From Adineta vaga (Eukaryota > Animalia > Rotifera): a stretch of DNA of 64,000 bases. Location of the stretch: the NCBI GenBank assembly GCA_021613535.1, contig CP075497.1:8928001-8992000 (forward strand), read 5' to 3'. This document shows positions 1-11,656 of this stretch, piece by piece (the first letter of the stretch is position 1; each line of letters begins with the position of its first letter). The position numbers were made by a program, and so were the translations under genes. The notes beneath the pieces were generated by a model. That model made no database searches. It was not told the origin of the DNA and saw only the letters and a program-made list of their open reading frames with translations.

Positions 1-800
1 GGAACAGGATCAACAATCTCACATGTTTCTAAAGTGATGGGTAATGTTAATGATTTGCCAGAACTAGTTTCCCAAGATATTAAATCTTTACTACGTGCAT
101 AACTAAGATCATGATTTGTTGAAGCATCTGGTGATTCACGCCATACCCATGCTAAATGAAAATAACCATCTGGACCTTTGATTGGTCCATCGAAATATGC
201 ATTACGTTTGCCTTCACCATCTGTTAGCGATTTATCAAGTAGACGTCTCCATGTTTTCGTTTTCAAATCATATATATTATAAATCTGATTGCCATTACCA
301 CTCATACCTGAACGATATGTAAAGATAAATTCATTTCCTGGTCCACGCATAAATATCGGATAAGTTGTACGATTCTCATCTGTACCAATCATTCGATTTA
401 ATTCAACAAATGTTGAAGCATTCAATGGTTGTGCTGTACGGAAATATACCAATGGTACAACATGCATATTACCACTCAAATGTATATAACCATCATCATC
501 AATTGCCATTGCAATATAATTATGACTATCCCAACCTGTAACTACTGGTAACTTATTGATTGTCCATACACGCTGGTTTAAATTACGTTGTGCAATGGTC
601 ATCTGACGTTTTGCATCATAATACGCAATAAATTGATATGATGCTTGTGTCAATAAAACGAAATTTACGGGATGTCCAGCCCATACCGGTTCAATATCCA
701 ATAAATCGATGACAATAGCATGTTCAGTTTTATTATCTGTCAAGCATGTAATAGTGGGTAATGCTAACGTACATACAATGATAGTAAGGAGAGAATGCAT
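1..800 (-). CDS. Secreted BNR_4-type beta-propeller protein (bacterial-like, related to PL24/PL42/GH145-type carbohydrate-active propellers); 3' part runs off the window
   Basis: Not in the ORF track because no stop lies in the window. Manual translation from ATG at 800 is open to position 1 with no intron: MHSLLTIIVCTLALPTITC (signal peptide) ...VWAGHPVNF...IAYYDAKRQMTIAQR...GWDSHNYIAMAIDDDGYIHLSGNMHVVPLVYFR...TYPIF...FTYRSGMSGNG...NAYFDGP..GPDGYFHLAWVWRESPDASTNHDLSYARSKDLISW (SxDxxxW Asp-box). Confidence 0.85.
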   Translation of the reverse strand, partial: MHSLLTIIVCTLALPTITCLTDNKTEHAIVIDLLDIEPVWAGHPVNFVLLTQASYQFIAYYDAKRQMTIAQRNLNQRVWTINKLPVVTGWDSHNYIAMAIDDDGYIHLSGNMHVVPLVYFRTAQPLNASTFVELNRMIGTDENRTTYPIFMRGPGNEFIFTYRSGMSGNGNQIYNIYDLKTKTWRRLLDKSLTDGEGKRNAYFDGPIKGPDGYFHLAWVWRESPDASTNHDLSYARSKDLISWETSSGKSLTLPITLETCEIVDPV

Positions 801-1229
801 GCTGATAAATAGCCTATGATTCTCCTAGTTTGGTTTTCTTAAACTACTGCTTAAAAGATAGAGAAAGATATTTATCTGTTACTTTCTTTTGAAATTTTAT
901 TTATATTCTTATCGTTCTTATCTAATAAATTAAAAGTACTTATGATAAAGAGCTAAAATTAAATATTAGGTTCTGGTTGTCAACACGCATCGAGAAGACT
1001 TCCATTATTTTTTTAAATCAGAATGATCAATTACACCTATCGATATTTCAAAAACATATTTAAATAAAAACATGAGTCAATCTTCTAATAGGTCGTTGTC
1101 TCAGTTGTTACATTTGAATTTAACTCGCTCTTCTATTGATCAGCAGAATTACTGACTAATTCATTTTTCGTAAGTGTATCTAAAATAATAATATATGAAA
1201 GTAACTAAATAAATCATGGTAGACAAACT

Positions 1230-2380
1230 TTATCTTTTTTTGCATTTAAAGAAAGCAATAACTGCAATAGTACCAACTCCTAATACAGCTACGATAATTC
1301 CAACAATCACAAAAGTTATGTCATTGTGTTTAGCTTTCTTTTCACCTTCTTCCAATGCAACAGCCGCCTCATAAACATCGTCCGCATTTTCAATAATAGT
1401 ATCTGTCATACCATCAATCTTTACAATACCATTATTACTTTGTATTGGTACTTCATTTGTCTTATTTTGTCCAATGTCAACTATGATCTTAACATGTACA
1501 TTATTCAGTACTGCAAATTCTTTCACTTCTGGTTCTTTCCATTTAACTTTCCTATCAAATATTAATTTATCTAAATTTCCACCTAAATCAGTAATAAGTT
1601 TAACAATATCTTTTCGACTACCAAGTGTTGCAACTAGAGTTTTCGCATCTTGTGGTTTAAGAGCGTGTCGTGTTTTTTCATCAACAATATTTTGTGTTAA
1701 ACCATTAATATCGACAATATTCTCCACAAATGTTTGACACATATTATTGTTACCTGCATCGTATGTATAAAATTTTTTATCAATATTCGATGCAGTTGTT
1801 ATTAGACGATTTAACGTTAAAATTTTATTTGATGTTAATGGAATATCAAACAAATCGATAAATTCTGTAGGAAAAGTTGGTTTTATAAGACGAACACGAT
1901 GAGCTTTTTCAAGTTTATAAACAGTAGTACCAATAGCATCTTTTTCTGATTGAAATAAATTTTGTAATACAGATAGATTATTCTTATTTTGAATAGTAAT
2001 CAAGAGATAATTATGGTAGATTTCATCATAACCAAGTTTCATTTGTTTACTATGGAACTTTCCTAAACTAAATACATTGAGAAAAAAAATTAATACTGCT
2101 TCGACTGGTGTACGACCAAGTTGTATTTTAATCACTGGATTATCACCAATTTCTTCTAATAGTTCACGTACTCGGAATGGCATTTGAGGATCATGTTTGG
2201 CAGTAATTAAATGATGATCTTTTTTCTTTTTCTAATGACAGAAAACATAAATATATATATACATATCGTACAGTTTAGTTCTATTGACTGATTCATTACC
2301 TTTGACAAGAGAAAACTATCTGTGAATATAATAGTCCCTAATATTAATAAGAGTTGAATACGAATAATATTTAATGACAT
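1230..2380 (-). CDS. Type I membrane protein with a permuted papain-like (NlpC/P60/LRAT-like) Cys-hydrolase domain; two exons (2380-2300 and 2231-1230)
   Basis: The 317-aa ORF extends 5' across a 68-nt phase-0 GT-AG intron to the signal-peptide exon MSLNIIRIQLLLILGTIIFTDSFLLSK. His motif (YDEIYHNYL) lies upstream of the Cys motif (FYTYDAGNNNMCQTFVE). C-terminal TM helix ITFVIVGIIVAVLGVGTIAVIAFF followed by KCKKR. Confidence 0.65.
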
Positions 2381-3881
2381 AAATAAGATAGAAAATTGAA
2401 AATTGAAAATTAGGAATGAGAAATATCTAATCGTAAGTTTATGTCTGAAATCAAAGACGCGCACTTCGAAAAAAAATTTTGTTAATCTATATAGTTAGCA
2501 TCATAAATAAAGTTTACTTATTTCGAAATCTATTGTAGCTCAGGATATGACATGAATTCAAATGTATAGTTTCTGTTGTTTGATTTAAAATCAGATCAAA
2601 GAGTCGGAATGACGTAACGATGAGCATCATCAACAGCACATGAATCAAGGAGAAATGTGAGGGCACCTGAGCATTTTAAAGTGTTAATATGTGCTGAGAA
2701 GTTGATGACAGCTGACTCGCACTTTACCCTTGTTGCTAATACATTAGTAATTACATGAAACTACTGATATGAATGTACCTGTTCTATCAATGAATTTGAA
2801 AAAAGAACACGTCGCTTTGGCGAAATTTTCTTGGAACCATCTCATTTATCTCCATAGACAGGATTCAGAAATGAGCTGCTTATATTTCAAATATAAATTC
2901 ATATACTATTCTAAAGCTAGAACCGCTTTTCAATCGTATCTCACTCATCTTTGATCCATTATTGCATCATCTGTCCTCATTTTCATTTTCAAATGTGAGA
3001 CTATATAACGTACCGCTGATATTATACACAAGATTATATGTTTCATGTTAATGATCGATCGAACTCTCGATATGACATATAGAAGAAATGAAAATCGAGA
3101 AAATGATGTATACTCATGCAAAGTGTAAGTAGCATATATTTTATTGAAAAATAAACAAAATCAAGATGAAGTTAACATTCAATATTGATTTTTCAGACAA
3201 TTGTTAACACTGTAAACAACAGTAAGTGAGAAAAAGAAACGATTATACTATAATAGAAACCATATTCGAACATTAATATCCAACAAAAAATAGTAATACA
3301 ATCTCTACATAAGACTTTCATGTTCTAGATGAACGATTCAATACTTTTCCAACAACAAGAGAATACTTTTAAGTGTACACAGCTATTATTCATCTATACC
3401 TATACATAAGTCGATTATACATAATCGTGCATGTTCTAATAACTAATGACCAATCATCATTCATCTTACGAACTTGAAGCACAAATTTCATTCGCTAATG
3501 CTTTTCTTCAAAAAGAAAATAAAAGAAAGACATCTGCGTATGTGTTAGAAAAAAAAGACGATTTATTTTTCTTCTCTCCTATTCAGGTCGTCGCATGTTA
3601 TATACTCTTCTCTCATCTCATTGAACAAATGGATAAAAAAAAGAAAAAGAAAAAGAAAAGAATTGAATACATATCCGTATAAGCGAGCAAATGCGTCTGT
3701 ACAGCAAGTTCATCGTCCTTCTCTTTTTCTCTCCCTTGTTTTTTCTTCTTCTTCTTTCTCTCTTTCTTCACTACATTCGATGACTGACTGACCGTCGAAA
3801 GCAGCAGTCGTCAGACATATACATTGCGTATACGTACGTTTTTTTTTGTTGAAAATATAGACATATTTTTGGTTTTAGACA

Positions 3882-6073
3882 ATGGTACCATCGAAAAAAC
3901 TAAATCTCGATGTTATTAATGAACATATAACTTGTCAACTATGTTCAGGTTATTTGATTGATGCTTGGACAATTAACGAATGTTTACACTCATTTTGTCG
4001 TCCATGTATATTTTCATATTTTAATGATCATGACGAAAATACGACTTGTCCAGTATGTTCAACAGTTCCACATCCAGCTAATCCATTACTTGGCATAACG
4101 AAAGATTGTTGGTTACAACAAATTGTTTATAAATTAGTTCCATCACTATTTAAACGTGAAATGTGTCAACGACGAATCTTCTATGATTCGAATCCTGATA
4201 GTAAAACGAAATTATTAGAACAATATATCAAAACTCATCCATCACAAATGGGTTGTCGAGAAGAAGAATTAGGTGAATTAAGTGAACGATGTTTATTTCA
4301 ACAGAAAAATAAATTAAACAATAAAGAAAACATTTATATCACATTAGAATATAACCAAACACATGAAATGTATTTTCTTGAATGTTCATCAAATATGCCA
4401 ATTAATATTTTAAAACAATATTTAAAAAAAGTCCTACCACTTTCCAAACGAACACGTTATCAAATTGATGTATTGTACGATCAAAAAGTTCTATTAGATA
4501 ATTTAACATTGAATCATATCTATTCATGGAAAGGAAATCAATCAGAAAAATATAAACAATTACATTTATTCTATCAAATTATTATTATTGAACGTGAAGA
4601 ACATGAACAAGAAGAACAAGACGCAACTATTCTTCAACCAGTGACAAACACTGTAAGTTCAAAAACATAAAAACGTTCCATTTATTTTAGAAAATATTTA
4701 TTTTAGATTGAACCAAAACCTCCCGCATTTATTCGTTCAGCTAATATTTATAATCATAGTAATCCTAGTACATTTGTTCATACAACACCGTTTACTCCAG
4801 CTGAAGCTAGAACGATTAGTTTAAATAATTCTGTTACTGAACAACTTCAAGGAAGTGAAACAATTGAATTAATTAAACCAAAAGAATGTACATTACTTGA
4901 TTGTAAAACAATGACAATAACAACACCAATTAATTATTCAATGAATTCTCTTAATGATCTTTCGAAACCAAAGAAGAAATTAAAAAAGTATGAATTATTA
5001 TTTAGAATATTTTTTCTAGAATTCAATTTATTTCTTTTAGATTGAATCCTAATGAACAACCGCCAGCTAAGAAACCTAAAATTGAAAGGAAAAAGAAAAT
5101 TAAAGAAGAACAAAATCTTGTTCCATTAGTATCATCAAATCCTCCGATCACTCCATCAGAAAATGAAAATCCAAATGAAATTATTGAACAAAAACAACTT
5201 TCCTATTCCGAAGTTATTCAAGAAGCAAATAAACTTCTCGCAGCTGATGAACCATTAACACCAACAAATAATTCTCTAATGTCAGCGACATCAATACCTT
5301 TAACAAATCCAACAATGACTCGTTTAACAAAACCAATTGCAACTGTTTCACCACTTCATACATCGAAAAATATTCATAATCGAGTATTAGAAAAATCGGA
5401 TGATGATCAATTAATAGATCTATCGAAATCAAATATTACATCGTATGTGAAAAGATATTCGAATCGTTTATCATTATTTAGTTTTGTTTGTTTTAGAACT
5501 GATATTCCAGTTAAAGCAGAAACAAAAAAACGTTCAAGACAAAGTTCTTCTTCTACAACTCGTACGAAAGTATCTCGACATTCGAATAAATCAAATAATG
5601 ATGATGGAAATGATTTATCTAAATCATTGAAGAAAACTCATTCAAATCAATTTTTACCACCACCACCACCGCCTCCACCTCCTCCGTCACAACAACAAAT
5701 GTTTCAAAATCTATTTCATTCATTTCAAAATCAAGCTAACTACTGGCCGATGAGTCCTTGGCCAGTACCGCCGTCTTTAGCGCTCATGGCTGATCCTCGA
5801 AATTATTATCCACCGCAAGCATGGCATGCACCACCACCACCATCACCGACTCCTTCTCAATCCTCCATTGCTCATGGTCCAAAAGATCTTAGTTCAGCTA
5901 GTTTGCACGATTTTATTCATGAAACATCCAATCCTGTTTTTCCTTTACCACCATCATCAGCATTATTGAATTCCGCATCGAATTTTTCCCGTACATCTTC
6001 AACTAATTCTCTACATATTCATCATTCAACGAACCGTCATCGACCGGCAACATTAAATGGAACATTATCTTAA
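3882..6073 (+). CDS. Polycomb group RING finger protein (PCGF/BMI1/Psc-like), multi-exon
   Basis: C3HC4 RING INEHITCQLCSGYLIDAWTINECLHSFCRPCI...CPVC, then LQQIVYKLVPSLFKREM and a RAWUL-like region (FLECSSNMPINILKQYL...IDVLYD). Introns near 4653-4706, 4989-5040 and 5444-5497. Long Pro/Ser-rich C-terminal tail. Confidence 0.9.
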
Positions 6074-6263
6074 CAGAGAAAATTTTTTGCGTTCTAGCAT
6101 TGTTTATCATATATATAAATATATTTGTGTATAATTATTTTTCTTCAAAACAAAAAAAACCAAAACGATCCTAGTCATTGTTCTTGTATAAATCATACCC
6201 GTTTATTTTCGGTGAATGAAACATACAAAAAATAAATTTCTATACATCTAAACTCTATGTTTT

Positions 6264-8305
6264 CTAATATCTAATACATCTCAATAGGAAAGAGAAGATA
6301 GAGTAAAATTTAAACGCTAAGAAATTATTTAGAATAGTTCCTGAACATTTAACTTGTTTTGCTGGTAAACATCGTTGATGTTGAATAGAAAATCTATGAC
6401 CATGCTCACATGCCGTATAATTAAAGGTTCGACTTTCAAGACATGCATAATGAAATTGACAATTGGGTCGATATTGATCGATATAATTTCCATTTGGTTT
6501 ATCTCGACAAACAGGTTTTAATGGACATAGAGGAGAATAATCGTAATCACCTAAGTGAATTGAAAATCTGGAAATGTCTTTTTTTTTTCTAAAGAAAAAT
6601 AATCTCACAAGGATCGATGCAATTTTTTCTTGAACCACAAGACACAACTTGAAAATTTTCACAACTTTTCGTTCTAACGTTATATAATTTATGTAATGGA
6701 CAAACTTGTTCCTTCAAATGCCCATTGATACATTCATAATAATGGCAACAACTATGTGTAGCTACTAAACGTATTCTTTGTCCATTCGCTGGACATTTAT
6801 GTTGACCTCGAAGGAGATAGAAGTAAGAATATGCTTAGAATTGAATACGATCTCTTACATCGAGGAACATCCCGAGGCCATTGACAACCATGTCCTAAAG
6901 AGAATTATGAATAAAAAACAAAAAATATAAACTATTATTAAATCTGAGAATTACTTTCATGCCAGAATAGTCCAGGATCACAATATTGAGGTGTATCAAT
7001 ACCACCTATGAAGTAGAAAGAGAGTACGATATTGAAAATTTGATCATTATTCAACTATACCATTGCAATAATGATAAACTGAACAATCATATGGATCTGG
7101 ACGTTCACCTTGTACACCTGGTGGGCATTCAATTGGTAGATAAGCATTGTTCGGTCGTAAATAATGTGGAGTCGTAATAGTATTTCCATTTCCATCGATC
7201 ATATTAGTTGCTTTTGTTGATGATGTATACAAATGACCAGCTGCACCTATGAAAATCAATAAAATATTCAAGTAATAACATTGTGAACGGATTATAATTT
7301 TACAATCGGAATTTTCTGGATAATCACAACCTTGTGTTTTGTTTGAAAACCAAAGATTAGTATTGCATTGTTGTACTATATGAAAACCAATACCACAAAG
7401 ATGATAGATATGACATTCTTTGGGATCTAAAAGATTTTATTTTCCTATAAACTTTAATAAAGGAATGAGAGAGATATACCAGGAAAGAGTCCTTCAGCAT
7501 CATATTCACATGAAAAGTTTGAATTAAATTTTATTTGTACAGGAACTGTAGTTGACTTTTTCTTTGCTCGCCAAGCTAATGCTTTATCAGTCACGAATAG
7601 GGTCACTAAGTTATATACAAAAATTGTTTAACTAATCTAAATAAAATAATATACTTTTTTTCTACCTCCTCGAATATCTGTTATTTGATCCCATCGACGA
7701 AGACCTTTCTTACATTGAACTGTATTTTCCCAATTGCAATTTTTCTTTACTGGATCCCATACAGTACCTTCACCACATACAGAAGCTGTATCTACACCTG
7801 ATGTACAAATATGATAGATTCGACAATTTTGTCGATCAGGATAATAACCATCCGCTAACAAAAAATAAATACATTCAGTGGAGATAGATTCGGTAATGTT
7901 TCTCTTACCTTTACAAACGAATGGAGCAGGATCTCGTTTAACTCGTTCTAATAAAATTTCGTCATCTTCATCGGGATTATATAAATAAGAATTTGGTTTG
8001 GTTACCAGTGATGGAAAGATTCCATTCGAAGAAGTTGTTGTTGTTATAATAGTGTCAAGAGTCTGCGAAGATGTCAATTTTTGTCGAGAAATATTACCAT
8101 TCAATTTCGTTACATTTATTAGTTTTGATAAAATACGTGATTCAGTCGAAGGAAATGAAACAATTGATATCACTTCAAAGAACAAACAGTAACAACTTTA
8201 ATCTTTAACCTTATAGAAGGATAAAAAATAAACAACAATATTCATCCTACCCGTTAAATAACTAATAGATAACCACAATCGTTTACTATTCATTTGTACA
8301 TCCAT
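6264..8305 (-). CDS. Secreted multi-CBM14 (peritrophin-A/chitin-binding type 2) protein, ~5 domains, hydrophobic C-terminal tail
   Basis: Repeated six-Cys modules across exons, e.g. DGYYPDRQNCRIYHICTSG...CGEGTVWDPVKKNCNW, PDPYDCSVYHYCNG and CRDKPNGNYIDQYRPNCQFHYAC...CEHGHRF...C. RVKR site before domain 1. Confidence 0.85.
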
Positions 8306-8825
8306 TTCTTTACTATATACATAGACAACTGTACTATATACTACAGATTTCTAACATGTCATTCAAATTATTATTACATCTGACCTTTTGTCTCCTTATA
8401 GGAATGTGCATGTACGTGTATCCTTCGATTGAAGTATCACACACTTATAAATACTAAGCTGTTCAAAAATGTTCGTCGATGTTTGTTTGTTTGAGGTTTA
8501 ATATTATTTCTCTTATCGCTTATCGTTATGTTGTCTTTTCTATAGCCGAGAACATAACATACGAACGAGTGTGGAGGAGTTAACACAATGATGTAATCGA
8601 ACTTCGCTTAATAAACAATGAATTGATCAATTGAGACTATATGACGGATTTTCTTTTCATTAAAGAATAACTTTTAACAGAATTAAATTAATCAAGATAT
8701 GATAATCATCTTTATTTAAACACAAACTACTGCAACAATAGGCACGTGAAATGATTGTAGCAAAAAGAAAAGAATTTAGCATAGAAGAAAGAGAAAAAGA
8801 AAGAAATATTTTGTTATACAATTCA

Positions 8826-10565
8826 TTATAAATGAAAAATAGCGAAGAAAATCAGCATGATAGAAAAGATATGAATAGTTTGATGATCTAAAATTAAACG
8901 AAAAAGAAAACATTTAGTTTTAGTCAAGAAAAGAATATGAAAGTATACTTTTCGTTGCAAAATTTTCAGGAACATATGAACCACATGGCATTGGTGCATT
9001 ACTTGCTGGACCACATCGTCCTGTATAACTATTAAATTTTAGATCACCAGCACATTTCGCTTCACGTAACTTATTTTGTTGATAACATTGAAAATAATAA
9101 TGACAATCACGTTCAGTATCTGGATGAATACCATCACGTTTATTCGTACCTAAAATGATTGTTGATATTAATATACATAATAATTGATCAAAATGAATAG
9201 AAAATCTTACATTGATTTTTATTTGCTGCATTTATTGCTCGTGTACCACAAAAAACTCGTTCAAATTCGACACATAATCGTTTTTCGGTATCGAAAAATG
9301 TTTTTTCGGGACATATAACTCGTGATCGAATACCTTTATCACATTGATAATAGGCATCGCATTCAGCTGGATCAGGTACAGAATAAATTCCAGTTGGTTG
9401 ACATTCAATGGCTACTGAACCTCCATCTTTACCATCTGTTGATGAAACAGCTGAAGGTGCATTGGAATTTGATGAATCAGGATCAGAATTCGATTTTTTA
9501 TATGATGTTGTTGTATCTATTCAAATACGAAAAGAAATACGAATGCGTTAGTAAATAACATATAAGATTCAAGTAAAGAATTTCATGCCTTCAGTTGTCG
9601 TTCTTGTTGAATAACCTAATTTTTTCTCCTGACAATCAACTTGTTCAACCCATGCACATGATTTTGTCACATCATCCCATGCAGTACCTCTTGGACATTC
9701 AAAGACTTCATCGATTCCATGCGAACATCGGTAATATCTCGTGCAATATTCCGGATGACTAAGGAAACAGAACATGCATTTCTCTCATTTGAATCAATTC
9801 TGAGAAGAAGAAGAATAAGGTATCTTACGCAAAAAATCCATCACGACCAACACAAAGAAAATCAGTGGATGCATTTGTTTGAAAAATAATCAGAAGAATA
9901 ACTGGAAGACAAGTTGAATTCATAGACATATGCATATATCAATTAATAAACACGAATAGAAAGAAGGTACATGCACTACGAAGTAATTGACTAAAAAATG
10001 AATTCTTACGATCTTTATGATCGATATTATCTGTGCTTTTCTTATCAATTGATTGAGTATTCGAATTTAATCGTCGTGGTTTTTTCTTTTTGTTCTTCGG
10101 TTTTTTAACTACAGTAGGACGATCTTCATCACCGTCATCCGTATGACCATGATGAGTTTCTTCACTACCTTCTGGTTCACTATCATCATGACTTGCTGTA
10201 ACAGTTGTTTTTTCTGCACGTGAACAATCAACACTATCAAGCCAATTACAACGATTTTCATGATGATCCCAAGCAGTACCACTCGCACATTCAAATTCTT
10301 CCGATGTTCCATGAATACATCGCCAGTAGATATGGCAAAATTCTGGATCATAATACCAACCATCATCTTTTGCTGAACAATCGTATTCAGCAAGTGTATT
10401 TTCAAAAAGAAAACCAATAAATAGAATGATGGCTAAGCCACGACTAAAAGCTAAAATAAAAGAGCAAAAAGAAGAAGCTTTCTAAAGATTATCTAGAAGC
10501 ACAGCGATGAATGCCATCCAATTTTATCTCTTACCAAGGTAAAAATATGTCTCTTTATTAATCAT
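8826..10565 (-). CDS. Secreted multi-CBM14 chitin-binding protein (up to 4 domains), probable GPI-anchor tail
   Basis: Modules YDCSAKDDGWYYDPEFCHIYWRC...CASGTAWD, HPEYCTRYYRCSHG...CPRGTAWD, IECQPTGIYSVPDPAECDAYYQC and DGIHPDTERDCHYYFQC...CAGDLKFN. Ends in the hydrophobic IHIFSIMLIFFAIFHL. Confidence 0.85.
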
Positions 10566-11656
10566 AGTTATTTTTTCGATAAGAGATTATCAAATGATTA
10601 TGATCAATCGTTTTCTTTTCTCTTTTCTTTTCTTTGCTCGATGTTCTCCGAATTATTAACTGAACGAGAGATATGATAATATTCATCATTTACTTACTAT
10701 TACAAGGTTGTTGATGATGATTTAGCAATTGCATATTTTCAATATTTTCATTCTTGCCGTGTTTTGTTGTTCGACAATCGAGAAGGAAAAAAAATATGTG
10801 AATGTCAAACGGAAAGAAAAAAACGAAAGAAAGATCTTATCGACGCCGAGTAATCCTTAATCAAAGATTGAACCGATTTGTTTATATTGATCTGCTTCGT
10901 TCGACAGATCGATTCCGTTCAAAAAAGGTTACATTCTTCTTTGATTCTTTTGTCTTTCGTTTAACTTTTATCCTCTCTCAATTGCCTGATTTCGAGAGAT
11001 ACGTTTTTCTTAACGGAGAAAAAATACACCATATGAATACAATTCTAGTGCTGCATGAAACAAACTAAATTTTAAATAAATCTTTAAAGCCATGTAGCAG
11101 ACAATATAATCATCCTAACCTCAATTTGCAGAAGTCTGCTGTGTTGAAAGATATGAAACAATGCATCTAAATGAGTACATATTTGTTTTTATTAACGTCA
11201 TTGTATAATCTCAGTGAAAGCTGTAATAATATATCTATCGCTGTACAATTGCTTATCTATACCAACAAAACTAATATTTTCAGAGTATTTGTACATCAGA
11301 CTTCATTCATATATATATATATATATAATAGTGAACGTCTTTCATTCCTTTCGTTTTGGAAAGCAAAAGAAAGTTCTCCATAGTCTCTTATCGGCATCTC
11401 TTTTCTATTTGCTTTTGTATCATTGGTTAACAATTGAACCAACAAAATCAAATCTATATGACTATTTAACTATTTATTCTTTTTTTTTGCAAAAACACTT
11501 CTCTTTTTCACCACATCATCATTATAGAAAACCTATGTAACAATATTCTTTTTCTTTATTATTTTACCGTTCGATATATCATAATCATAATGTTTTGCTA
11601 TGCTCTATCACCTTTTCTTTTTCTAATTTGTTTATGTTTTTTTCTTTACAGTATTC

